NCBI GenBank assembly: GCA_050184115.1
Contig: JBFXAQ010000011.1
Span: 88,692 to 152,691, forward strand
Direction of reading: 5' to 3'
Length of the DNA stretch: 64,000 nucleotides
Source: Gammaproteobacteria bacterium
Lineage (GTDB): Bacteria > Pseudomonadota > Gammaproteobacteria > Ga0077536
Part shown: piece after piece, positions 18,260-28,300 of the stretch
How the letters are laid out: every line of letters begins with the position of its first letter
Position numbering within the stretch: the first letter of the stretch is position 1
The notes under the pieces: model-generated
Told to the model about the DNA's origin: nothing
What the model saw: only the letters and a program-made list of their open reading frames with translations
Databases searched by the model: none
Position numbers and translations under genes: made by a program

Positions 18260-19177
18260 TCACGGCGGCAGCGTGCCCCCCGTGTAGAACCAGCGCAAGG
18301 CCCGTTCGTCCGGGCACATCGATGCCCCGAGGGCACGGAGGTCGGCGGCGATGGTAGCCGTCATGCCGTCGGCGTGTGCACCGCCGGCCTGGCCTTTGCG
18401 CACCATCGCCCCGGGATTCAGGATGGGTGTCTCGCCGAGTGTCACGCCGTCGAACTTGACGTTGTGCCGCTTCATCCACGCGAACGACGTGTACTCACGG
18501 ATCGCGGCCCAGGATGCCGCATCCGGCGTCACACCGATGAAATCCGCCACGCGGCGCAGGGTGCCCTCGTGATCGCGGGTCATGTCGGCGTAATGCATGC
18601 ACAAGACGTTGGGTTGATGGCGCAGTGGCCACCAGCCATTGAGAAACTCGAACAGGCCGCGATTCATCCCGCTCGCCTCGGCGACGTCGCGGTAGAAGCT
18701 CTCGAAGTCCGGGCGGACGATCGCCGCCCGCGGTATCTGCCACAGTTCGAACCAGGCGTCGCTGTGCTGGTCGAGGAAGTGCTTCATCGACACCAGCGCT
18801 TCTTCCGGGTTGCGCATCACCACGACGTAGCGCACGTCGCGGTCAGCGCCCGGCGCGACGTAGTCGAGTTCCGGGGGCGCGGAGTGCATCTTGAACGCGC
18901 GCGGACGATCCGCCGGCATCCGTGCCACGCGCTCGATCAATTCCTCCACCGGCATGCCGGGGCGGTTCACGAACTCCAGCCACAACACCTCGGCATAGAT
19001 ATCGAGGAAGTCCGCATCCCCGCCGCTCAGCAGCTGGTGGACGATGTTCATCGTCCAGGTCGTACCGCTCTTGACCGGTACCGAGATCACGATGTCCTGG
19101 TCGCGCCACGGGATACGGCGCTGCATGTCGTGGTTGATCCACGGCGGCGGGCCGCCGGGCTGAGCAGGGTTACTCAA
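18260..19177 (-). CDS. PAPS-dependent sulfotransferase (Sulfotransfer_1-like)
   Basis: 5'-PSB motif VPVKSGTTW, 3'-PB motif MRNPEEALVS, C-terminal RKGQAG. Start taken as TTG at 19177 behind GGAG; alternative GTG at 19210. Confidence 0.85.
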   Translation of the reverse strand: MSNPAQPGGPPPWINHDMQRRIPWRDQDIVISVPVKSGTTWTMNIVHQLLSGGDADFLDIYAEVLWLEFVNRPGMPVEELIERVARMPADRPRAFKMHSAPPELDYVAPGADRDVRYVVVMRNPEEALVSMKHFLDQHSDAWFELWQIPRAAIVRPDFESFYRDVAEASGMNRGLFEFLNGWWPLRHQPNVLCMHYADMTRDHEGTLRRVADFIGVTPDAASWAAIREYTSFAWMKRHNVKFDGVTLGETPILNPGAMVRKGQAGGAHADGMTATIAADLRALGASMCPDERALRWFYTGGTLPP

Positions 19178-19277
19178 GGCGATACTCCAAGCGAGCGGGG
19201 CCGGCGGCACCGCGTTGACAGGTATCCGCGTTCAAAGCGTCGTTCGCGCCAGGGGAGGCGGCAGGTTCGCAAGCACG

Positions 19278-20039
19278 TCAGCGCCCGCGCCAGTTCGGCG
19301 CGCGTTTCTCGGCGAAGGCCGCCGCGCCCTCCTTCGAATCCTCGGTGGTGCGCAGGAAGGCCATGTTGGCGCGCTCGAGTTCGAGGCCGTCGGCAAGCGG
19401 CAGGTCGAGCCCACGCAGCGCCGCTTCGCGGATCTTCTGCACCGCCAGCGGCGCGCCGCGGCAGATGGCCTCGGCGATGGCTTCGCATTTCGCCATCAGC
19501 TCGGCGCGTGGCACGACGTGGTCCACCAGGCCGAGACGCAGGGCTTCCGCCGCATCGATGCGCGCGCCGGTGTAGAGCATCTCCAGTGCGCGACCGAGCG
19601 GGATCAGGCGTGGCAGGCGCTGGGTACCACCGCCGCCCGGCAGCACGCCGAGCAGCACCTCGCCCAGGCCGAACTTGGAATCGTCCGCCGCGACGCGGAT
19701 GTCGCAGGCCAGGGCCTGTTCGAGGCCGCCGCCGTTACAGTGGCCGTGGATGGCGGCGATGATGGGCTTGGTCATGGCGTTCATGGCCGGGAACAACTCC
19801 CCGCCCGGGATACGCCCCGGCTTGCCGAAGGACTCCGAGCGGATATCGCTGCCGGCGCAGAAGGCGCGCTCACCGGCGCCGGTGAGGATGCCGACGCGCA
19901 GTTCGGCGTCTTCGCATACCTGCCGCCAGGTCGCGGCCAGGGTGTTGTAGGTCTCCTCGTCACAGGCGTTCAAACGCTCGGGGCGGTTGATGGTGACGTA
20001 GGCCACCTGGCCGCGCTTCTCGAACAGGACTTTCTTCAT
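19278..20039 (-). CDS. Enoyl-CoA hydratase/isomerase (crotonase family)
   Basis: ITINRPERLNA, AFCAGSD, KPIIAAIHGHCNGGGLEQALACDIR, GGGGTQRLPRLI. Confidence 0.93.
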   Translation of the reverse strand: MKKVLFEKRGQVAYVTINRPERLNACDEETYNTLAATWRQVCEDAELRVGILTGAGERAFCAGSDIRSESFGKPGRIPGGELFPAMNAMTKPIIAAIHGHCNGGGLEQALACDIRVAADDSKFGLGEVLLGVLPGGGGTQRLPRLIPLGRALEMLYTGARIDAAEALRLGLVDHVVPRAELMAKCEAIAEAICRGAPLAVQKIREAALRGLDLPLADGLELERANMAFLRTTEDSKEGAAAFAEKRAPNWRGR

Positions 20040-20083
20040 GGCGTTTCCTTGTGCGGCACGGGTGTGGGGGCAGGGCTATGGGT

Positions 20084-20169
20084 GGTTATGGGGACAGTCT
20101 ATGTATGTCCCTTACCGGCATCACCGGAGACGAAGCACTTCCGGGCATACATATACTGTCCCCATAACC
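20084..20169. repeat. Inverted doublet of the GGGGACAG variant element
   Basis: GGTTATGGGGACAGTCTATGTATG (20084-20107) ... CATACATATACTGTCCCCATAACC (20146-20169); 1 mismatch between arms. Confidence 0.88.
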
Positions 20170-20186
20170 CGGCCCACAACAGGTAT

Positions 20187-20543
20187 CTAGAGCGTCATGC
20201 CCAGCAGCCGTGCGTACTCCTCGCTCGGCCGCGGGTTGGTGCCGCCGGCCGGGGCGATGCTGAGATTGACCGAGTCGAAATACTCGTACCAACCGGCCTG
20301 CTGCACGAGCTCGTGGAAGGCGTGGATGTCGGCGGCGCTGCTCAGCGCGAACACGCCGACGTAGCCCTGCGGCGGCGCCTTGGCCAGGCTGCGATCGACC
20401 TCGCTCCAGCCCAAGGTCATCACGCCCTGGGCGCGCGCGGCGTTCACGGCCTGGTCGAGTCCCAGCACGTAGCGGCGCTGTTCGTCCGCCGACAGCGCAT
20501 GCCATTTCTCGTTCGGTTCCCACAGGATGATGACGGTCTGCAT
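20187..20543 (-). CDS. Small conserved hypothetical protein (DUF6616-like)
   Basis: 118 aa with host-like codon bias, co-oriented in the operon; WHALSADEQRRY and GWYEYFDSVN resemble DUF6616 proteins (from memory, unverified). Confidence 0.7.
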   Translation of the reverse strand: MQTVIILWEPNEKWHALSADEQRRYVLGLDQAVNAARAQGVMTLGWSEVDRSLAKAPPQGYVGVFALSSAADIHAFHELVQQAGWYEYFDSVNLSIAPAGGTNPRPSEEYARLLGMTL

Positions 20544-20592
20544 GCCTGAACCTTCCCCTCTTCGAAGCGCTGGCGAAACGTCGCCGGCGCCG

Positions 20593-21789
20593 TCAGCCGA
20601 TCACCTTGGCCGCCGTCAGCGCGTCCAGCGCCGTCTCGTCCAGCCCGAGCTCGGCGGCGAGCACTTCACGGGTGTGGGCGCCGAGCGCCGGCGCGAGTTC
20701 GATGTCCACCGAGCTTTCCGACATCCGCGCCGGCCAGCCGAGCAGCGTGGCCTGGTGCTCGCCGTTGGCATCGCTCACGCGGCGGATGAAGTTGCGCTCG
20801 TTCAGGTGCGGGTCGGAGAAGAGATCGCGGGTATCGAACACGGCACTGGCCGGGATGCCGGCCGCGCACAGCTCGTGCATCGCCTCGTGCTTGGTACGCG
20901 CGGCCATCCAGGCGGCGATGATCGGTTTCAGCTCCGCGCCGTTCTGCTTGCGCGCGGCGACCTCGGCGAAACGCGGGTCGGCAGCCAGCTCCGGCCGGCC
21001 GATGGCCTTGCACAACGCCACCCAGTGATTCTCCATCAGGCTCATGAGGTAGACGTAATCGTTGGCGCCGAAAGGCTTGCAGGCGAACAGGTTGACGGTG
21101 GGTTCGAAGTCGTTGCCGAGCCGCGGCGCGACCGCCTGCCCACCCTTGGCGCCGAGCGCGATCATGGTGCGCATGTAGTAGGTCACTGCTTCCTGCATCG
21201 AGAGTTCGATGTGCTGGCCGATGCCCTCGCGCAGCTTCTGCGCGTAGGCGGCGGTGATGGCAAGCGCCATCTGCACCCCGGTGCCGGAATCGCCGACGGT
21301 CGGGCCGGGCCGCATCGGCGGGCCATCGGGCTCACCGGTGATCGACAGCGCGCCGGCGGCAGCCTGGGCAACCATGTCGAAACACTTGTAGCCGGCGTAG
21401 GGACCGCTCAGGCCGAAACCCTTGATCTGGGCGTAGATGATGCCGGGATGGGCGGCCTTGATGACGTCGTAACCGAGGTTCAGCTTCTCGACCACGCCGG
21501 GGCCGAAGTTCTCCACCAGCACGTCGAAGCGCGGCACCATCTCGAGCAGCAGCTCGCGCCCGCGCGCCTCGCGCAGGTTCAGTACCACGCTGCGCTTGTT
21601 CGAGTTCCAGTTGAGGAAATACTCGGAGTCCTCCCACAGATCCCGTGCCATGGCGCGGCCGGGGTCACCACCATTGGGCGGTTCGACCTTGACGACCTCG
21701 GCGCCGAGCCAGGCCAGCGCCTGGGTGCAGGAGGTGCCGGACTCCCACTGGGTGAGGTCGAGTACGCGTAATCCGGAGAGCGCTGCCAT
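20593..21789 (-). CDS. Class III CoA-transferase (CaiB/BaiF; formyl-CoA transferase-like)
   Basis: LSGLRVLDLTQ...LGAEVVKVE, NSNKRSVVLNL, DVLVENFGPG, catalytic Asp region PGPTVGDSGTG, APALGAHTREVL; ATG at 21789. Confidence 0.9.
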   Translation of the reverse strand: MAALSGLRVLDLTQWESGTSCTQALAWLGAEVVKVEPPNGGDPGRAMARDLWEDSEYFLNWNSNKRSVVLNLREARGRELLLEMVPRFDVLVENFGPGVVEKLNLGYDVIKAAHPGIIYAQIKGFGLSGPYAGYKCFDMVAQAAAGALSITGEPDGPPMRPGPTVGDSGTGVQMALAITAAYAQKLREGIGQHIELSMQEAVTYYMRTMIALGAKGGQAVAPRLGNDFEPTVNLFACKPFGANDYVYLMSLMENHWVALCKAIGRPELAADPRFAEVAARKQNGAELKPIIAAWMAARTKHEAMHELCAAGIPASAVFDTRDLFSDPHLNERNFIRRVSDANGEHQATLLGWPARMSESSVDIELAPALGAHTREVLAAELGLDETALDALTAAKVIG

Positions 21790-22080
21790 GTCGAATGCTT
21801 CCTCGTGCAGGTGCCTGGGGGCGGCTGCCATGCCAGGCACTGTGCCGGCCGATCGTTGAAGGGCGTCGTGAGTCGTGCATGGCGGGTGACACGGAGCCGG
21901 CCGCGCAAGGAAGCCGACCGATCCGAGCGCGGCGTAAACCGGCGTCTCGCGTGACAGGCGGCCTCCCCGCCAGCCTGGCGTCAGCGCGCTAGCCTAACAG
22001 AGCCGCCACCAACCGGCAGCCGGCCTCGCGAGACGCGTGCTAGCATCGCGCCATCGTTCGACATCGAGGGGAGGCAGTCC

Positions 22081-23727
22081 GTGGGCGTACATGGTGGCAG
22101 GCTGGCGGCGCGCGCGCTGAAGAACGCAGGCGTCGAGTGCATCTTTACCCTGAGTGGCGGCCACGTGATGGCCATCTACGACGGCTGCATCGACGAGGGC
22201 ATCGAGGTCGTCGACGTGCGTCACGAACAGGCCGCGGTGCATGCCGCCGACGCCTGGAGCCGCCTGAAGCCCGGCCGCATCGGCTGCGCGGTGCTCACTG
22301 CCGGGCCCGGCGTGACCGACGGCGTTACCGGTGTCGCCAACGCCTGGCGCGCCAACAGCCCGATCCTCGTCATCGGCGGCCAGGGCCCGTTCAGCAACTT
22401 GCGCCGCGGATCGTTGCAGGAGATGGATCACGTCGCCGTGATGAAACCCATCACCAAGTGGGCCGACGCCTGCTACGACACCAAGCGCATCCCCGACTAC
22501 ATCGAGATGGGCATCCGCCACGCGGTATCCGGCAACCCCGGACCGGCCTTCCTCGAGATCCCGATGGACGTGATGATGGGCGAGGCCGAGTGGGCAGACG
22601 TGCGCATGCCCGACATCCGCACCACCCCGCCCATGCGCGTGCCGGCGCCGAGCGACGTCGACGAGGCTCTCGCCATTCTCGCCAAGGCCGAGCGGCCGGT
22701 GATGATGGTCGGCACCAGCGCCAAGTGGTCGAACGCGGCCGCCGCCGTGCAGGGTTTCATCGAGCAGACCCACATCCCGACTTTCGTCAACGGCATGGGC
22801 CGCGGCATGGTGAAACCGGGCACACCTGAGTTGCTCAACCGCGTGCGCAAGGAGGCGATGTCGCAATGCGACGTCTTCGTCTGCGCCGGTGTGCTGCTCG
22901 ATTTCCGCCTCGGCTACGGCAAGACCATTCCGGCCAACGCCAAGATCATCCAGCTCGACATCGAGGACACCCTGATCGGCACCAACCGCTCGCCCGCGGC
23001 GGCGGTGGTCGGCAATCTCGGCGCGACCTTCGATGCCATGCGAACGTCCCTGGCCAAGGGCGGCGCGCCCGACTTCAGCGCCTGGCGCGACCAGCTCGCC
23101 ACGCGCGAAGCGGAACTCGAAGCGGCCTTCGCCAACGAACTGAATTCCGACGAGGTACCGATCGATCCCTTGCGCCTGTGCCGCGAGATCCGCGACTTCG
23201 TCGCCGGCCAGGACCTCATCATCATCGGCGACGGCGGCGACATCGTCGCCCAGGCCTCCAAGGTGCTGCCGGTGCCGGCGGAGAACGGTTGGATGGACCC
23301 GGGCCCGCTCGGCACGCTCGGCGTCGGCATGCCGTTCGCCCTCGCCGCCCAGCTCGCCTGCCCCGACAAGCGCGTGCTGATCATCTACGGCGACGGCGCC
23401 TTCGGCTTGAACGGTTTCGAGTACGACACGGCCGTGCGATTCAACCTGCCCATCGTCGGCATCGTCGGCAACGACGGCGCCTGGGGCCAGATGGTGCGCC
23501 CGCAGGCCGCCACCTACGGCGCCGAGCGGGTCATCGCGACCAAGCTCAACTACACCCGCTATGACCAGATCGTCGCCGCCATGGGCGGACACGGCGAGCA
23601 CTGCGAACGGCCCGAGGAGATCCGCCCGGCACTGGAACGCGCCTTCGCCAGCGGCAAGCCGGCGCTGGTCAACGTCAACATGCGCCAGGACGTCATCACG
23701 GGGATGAAGGGCAGCACCTACGTGTAG
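22081..23727 (+). CDS. ThDP-dependent enzyme (2-hydroxyacyl-CoA lyase / oxalyl-CoA decarboxylase / IlvB-like family)
   Basis: VRHEQAAVHAADA, TAGPGVT, GPLGTLGVGMPFA, ThDP motif GDGAFG...GND; 548 aa. Confidence 0.88.
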   Translation: MGVHGGRLAARALKNAGVECIFTLSGGHVMAIYDGCIDEGIEVVDVRHEQAAVHAADAWSRLKPGRIGCAVLTAGPGVTDGVTGVANAWRANSPILVIGGQGPFSNLRRGSLQEMDHVAVMKPITKWADACYDTKRIPDYIEMGIRHAVSGNPGPAFLEIPMDVMMGEAEWADVRMPDIRTTPPMRVPAPSDVDEALAILAKAERPVMMVGTSAKWSNAAAAVQGFIEQTHIPTFVNGMGRGMVKPGTPELLNRVRKEAMSQCDVFVCAGVLLDFRLGYGKTIPANAKIIQLDIEDTLIGTNRSPAAAVVGNLGATFDAMRTSLAKGGAPDFSAWRDQLATREAELEAAFANELNSDEVPIDPLRLCREIRDFVAGQDLIIIGDGGDIVAQASKVLPVPAENGWMDPGPLGTLGVGMPFALAAQLACPDKRVLIIYGDGAFGLNGFEYDTAVRFNLPIVGIVGNDGAWGQMVRPQAATYGAERVIATKLNYTRYDQIVAAMGGHGEHCERPEEIRPALERAFASGKPALVNVNMRQDVITGMKGSTYV

Positions 23728-23757
23728 CCGTCCCCCGCCGCCCCGTCGGTGGCAGGA

Positions 23758-23876
23758 TAAATCGGTGACATAAATCGGTGACAGTCACTGAATTTTGCGA
23801 GGTACCGCCGCGGGAGCCCCGGGCAGCCGATGACGACCGCTGCGCTTAGAGAAATACAGTTACCGTCACCAGATTT
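23758..23876. repeat. Inverted doublet of the palindromic element with a tandem partial duplication of the outer end
   Basis: TAAATCGGTGACA-TAAATCGGTGACAGTCACTGAATTT (23758-23795) ... AAATACAGTTACCGTCACCAGATTT (23852-23876). Confidence 0.85.
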
Positions 23877-23930
23877 GGTGCTTGTCCCGGGCGCGGGTTG
23901 CGCCGCCCACACGGAGAGGGAACCTGGACC

Positions 23931-25199
23931 ATGAACGCCGCCTCGAGTACCAGCAGCTTCGACGCTGCCCGCATCGCCCCCGTGCGCTACGGCACGCCGG
24001 AACTCGCAACGCTGCTGGCCGCCATCGCCGAGAGCGCCGCGGCCAGCAAGGCCCGTGGCGAAAACCCCTTCGCGGCCATCGACCTCGTGCGCGCCTCGCG
24101 GCTCGGCGCGCTGCGCGTGCCCGCGGCCGAAGGCGGTGGCGGCTGCAGCGTGCGCGAATTCTTCCAGATGCTGCTCGCGCTGGCCGCGGCAGACTCCGAC
24201 GTCGCCCAGATCCTGCGCGCGCACTTCTGGTTCACCGAGGAACGCATGCGCTCGCACGACCCGGCAGTGCGCAAACGCTGGATCGACCGCGTGCTGGCCG
24301 GCGAGATCTTCGGCAACGCCATGGTCGAGATCGGTACCGCGGACGCGGTTGGCAAGTTCGTCACCCGCACGCGCCTCGAGCGCGACGGCGACCACTACCG
24401 ATTGAACGGCACCAAGTACTACTGCACCGGCAGCCTGTTCTCCGACTGGGTGTGGGTGCTGGCCTCGACCGCGGACGGCGAACTGCTCTCGGTGGTGGTG
24501 CCGATCGATCGCGCGGGCGTGACTCTGGAGGACGACTGGGATGGCGTCGGCCAGCGCCACACCGGCAGCGGCACGGGACGTTTCGAGCACGTCGTCGTGT
24601 ACGAGGAGGAGATCCTACGCTCGCCGCTCGATGCCGAGGTCGAGGGTGCAGTCGAGCCCGAGCGCCGGCTGAGCGAGCCCTATCTCGTGGGCCAGTTCGT
24701 CCAGCTCATCCTGACCACGGTCATCGCCGGCAACCTGCGCGCGGCGGCGGCCGAGGCCATCCGCCTGGTGCGCAACCGCAAGCGCACCTTCACCCACGCC
24801 AGCGCCGAGACCGCCGCCGACGATCCGCAATTGCAGGAACTGGTCGGGCGCATCTCGGCGCACAGCCAGGCCGCCGAGGCCCTGGTGCTGGCCGCAGCCG
24901 ACGCCCACCAGGCCGCGCTCGACAGCATCGTCGACGGCCGCGCCGAGTTCGCCCTCGCCCACGAGGCCTCGCTGCGCGCCGCCCAGGCCAAGGTCTTCGT
25001 CGACGAGGTGGCGCCGCGCGCGGCGAGCCAGATGTTCGAGCTCGGCGGCGCCTCGACCACCCTGCGCACGCTCGAACTCGACCGTTACTGGCGGAACATG
25101 GTCACCATCGCCGCCCACAACCCGACTGCGTTCAAGGCCCGCGCCGTCGGCGACTGGCTGATCAACGGCACCGAGCTGCCGATGAACGGGTTCTTCTGA
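23931..25199 (+). CDS. Acyl-CoA dehydrogenase-fold flavin monooxygenase (DszC/SfnB-like)
   Basis: LGALRVPAAEGGGG, LAAADSDVAQILRAHF, LNGTKYYCTGSLFSDW, DDWDGVGQRHTGSGT, LDRYWRN...HNP; GGAGAGG RBS upstream of ATG 23931. Confidence 0.88.
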   Translation: MNAASSTSSFDAARIAPVRYGTPELATLLAAIAESAAASKARGENPFAAIDLVRASRLGALRVPAAEGGGGCSVREFFQMLLALAAADSDVAQILRAHFWFTEERMRSHDPAVRKRWIDRVLAGEIFGNAMVEIGTADAVGKFVTRTRLERDGDHYRLNGTKYYCTGSLFSDWVWVLASTADGELLSVVVPIDRAGVTLEDDWDGVGQRHTGSGTGRFEHVVVYEEEILRSPLDAEVEGAVEPERRLSEPYLVGQFVQLILTTVIAGNLRAAAAEAIRLVRNRKRTFTHASAETAADDPQLQELVGRISAHSQAAEALVLAAADAHQAALDSIVDGRAEFALAHEASLRAAQAKVFVDEVAPRAASQMFELGGASTTLRTLELDRYWRNMVTIAAHNPTAFKARAVGDWLINGTELPMNGFF

Positions 25200-25327
25200 T
25201 TCGGTGACAGTTACTGTATTTCCCGGTGCACGCCACGGGCTAATTCGGTGACAGTTACTGTATTTCGGAGTCAGCGCGAAAGGTGGCGGATTTCATCGGG
25301 AAATACAGTAACTGTCACCGAATTAGC
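25199..25327. repeat. Triplet of the palindromic element (+,+,-) between convergent genes
   Basis: ATTCGGTGACAGTTACTGTATTTC 25199-25222; GCTAATTCGGTGACAGTTACTGTATTTC 25239-25266; GAAATACAGTAACTGTCACCGAATTAGC 25300-25327. Confidence 0.93.
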
Positions 25328-28300
25328 GCGGCCACGCGTGCGGTCCGGGTGCTCATACCGAAGCGTGCGTATTCGTCATGCGCGGTCTGTAACGCCGCGA
25401 GTCGCGCTTGACGATCGCCTTCCCGGCCCGCCAGCTCGGCACGCAACTCGTGCAATTCGCCGGCGTAGAGGCCAAAGCCAGTGCGCTCGAGCAGCGCCTC
25501 GTATTCGTCCAGGGTGTCGTCGATCGCGGCGCGCGGTTCGCCCAGCGCGAGCTGGGCACGGGCCAACAAAGCGTAGGCATGTGGATTCCACACCCCGCCC
25601 GAATCGCGCATGAGCTGGACGCCGGCCCCTGCACTCTCGCGCGCAGCGATGGCGTTACCCAGGCCGAGCTGCGCGCTCGCCAGCAAGGCGTGGAAGCGCG
25701 GCGCGTAGATCTCGCCAGCGCCGAGTTCGCCGATGCGTTCGAGCGCCGCAGAAGCCGTGGCGATAAGCGCCGTCCAGTCTTCGCCGTAGAGAAGGGCGTC
25801 GCACTGGGCGATCGTGGCAACGAGTTCCCACATCACACCCATGTTGCGCGACCAGCGCGAGGTCACTTCGACCCGCATGGCGGCATCTTCACCCCGGCCG
25901 AGTCCGTAGCGGAGATCGATTTCGAGCGCGAGTGAAAAGAAGGCGTTCTCGAGGTAACCGGCCTCGAACGCGGCTGCGCGCACCTGCGGCAACTCGCGCA
26001 GCGCCGCGTCCGGGTCGCGTTGGTGACCCAGGACGTGCAGGCGTGCGTTGCGTGCGGCGAACAACGGGCTGTTGCCCCACACCTCCGCGCCACTGTGCGG
26101 ATCGTTCGGCACCAGGGCGATGACCTCGTCGGCGAGCCGCATGGCTTCCGCCAGCACACCACAGTAGAGGTAGCCCCAGGCGAGCGGCGCACGCGCCCCG
26201 GCGCGCAGCCCGACATCGCCGCTGTCATCGGCAATGCGCACCGCCCTGCCGCAGTATTCGAAATAGTCGCCCCAGGCGTCGTCCACCCAACCCCGTGCGG
26301 TGCCGTAATTGGTATGCAGGATGACGGCGACGTCTGGCACCTCGGCGCGCGCCGCAGCCCGGTTGCCTTCTTCGAACAAAGCGTGGAATTCCTCTTGCCC
26401 GGTACCGGTTCGCGAGGCCAGGTTGAGGGCCCGCGCACAGGCCAGCGCGAGCTGCGCGACCGTCTCGACGCCATCCTCGAGACGCGCCAGATCACGCACG
26501 CGTAACCAGTGGCCGAGCGCAGCTTCGCGATCGCTGCGCTCGCTCCATTCGGCGGCACGCTGATGCCAGTGCGCGGCTGCGCGGGTGTCGCCGGCCGCTT
26601 CGCAGTGATGGGCGATGAGCGCGGCCTGCTCGTCGAGCTTGTCACCGGCCAGGACCTCGACTGCACGGGCGACCGCGCCATGCAACTGTGTACGGCGCGA
26701 TTGAAGCAGCGACTGGTAGGCCACCTCGTGGGTCAGCGGGTGCTTGAAGGCGTACTCGAACACCGGGTAGAGCGCACGCTCGTAGACGAAGTCACCGGCC
26801 TTGAGCCGTTCGAGCGCGGTGGCGTGCGTGCCGGTGTCGAGGTCGCTGACGGCTTCGAGCAGCGGCCCCGCGAACTCGCGGCCAATCACCGCCGCCGTCT
26901 GCAGCAGGCGCTTGGCCATCTCCGGCAGACGGTCGATACGCGCGGCGAGCACGGCGCGTACGCTGGTCGGCACCACGATGGCGTCGATCGCGCTGACCAG
27001 GCGGTAGTGCCCCGGTTGGCCGACGAGGTCGCCTGACTCGACCAGCGCGTTGACCACTTCCTCGGTGTAGAACGGGTTGCCCGCCGTCCATTTCACGATG
27101 CGTGGCACGAGTTCCCCGAGCGAGGCATCGGTCCCGAGCAGGTCACCGAGCAGCTCACCGAGGGCGTCCGCGCCGAGCGGCACCAGCGGCAGTTGCTGGT
27201 AATGCGCCTTGCCGGCGAAGGCCGCCTGGTACTCCGGCCGGAAGTTCAGCACCACCAGGCTCCGCCGCCCCGCCGCCGCCGCCACCAGCTGGTTGACGAA
27301 GGCGTCGCTGCCGGGGTCGATCCAGTGCAGGTCGTCGATGAGGGTCACGGCGAGCTGACCACCGGCATCCTGGGCTTCGACCAGGCGATGCACCAGCTCG
27401 TAGAGCTGGCGCTGGCGAGCCTCGGCATCCATGCGCGGCGCCGGCTGCTGTGGGTCGGCCACGCCCATGAAATCGAGCAACACCGGCAGCGCGTCGTGCA
27501 GCCTGGCGTCGAGCAGCGCCAGGGTGCCGGCGATCTTCCGGCGCGCCTGCACGGCATCGTCGTCGGCGCGGACGTCGAAGTAGTTCCGGAACAACTCGAG
27601 CACCGGCAGGTAGGGGATGTTCCTGCCGTGCGCCGGGCAGTGCGCCTCGTAGACCGGCAGGCCGCGCCGCCGGCAGTCCTCGACGAACTCGTAGCAGAGC
27701 CGGCTCTTGCCGAGGCCCGCCTCGCCGACGATACCGACCACCTGGCCGTGCCCGCGCCCGGCGTTGGCGAGCGCGGTCTCGAGCACCTGCATCTCGGCCG
27801 CACGCCCGACGAAGCGCGACAGGCCGCGCGCCACTGACACATCCAGGCGGCTGCGCACCGTGCCCGGCGCCTCCAGCTCGAACAGCGCCACGGCCTCGGC
27901 CAGGCCCTTCAGGTTCGTCTCGCCCATCGCGCGCAGGCGGAAATAACCGTGCACCAGGCGCTCGGTCGCACCGCCCAGGTACACGCAGCCCGGCGCCGCC
28001 AGTTGCTCGATGCGCTGCGCGATACCCACCGTCGCGCCCTGCGCGGTGTAGTCCATGCGCAGGTCGTCGCCGATTTTGCCGACTACCACCTCGCCCGAGT
28101 TCAGGCCCAGGCGGAAGCTGAAGTTGAGCCCGTCGGTCAGGCGCAATTCGTCGGCATAGGTACGCAAGGCGTCACGCGCGGCGAGCGCGGCGTAACACGC
28201 CCGCTGGGCGTGGTCTTCGTGGGCCAGCGGCGCACCGAACAGGGCCATGATGCCGTCGCCGGTGTACTGGTTGACGGTGCCTTCGTAGCGGTGCACGGCT

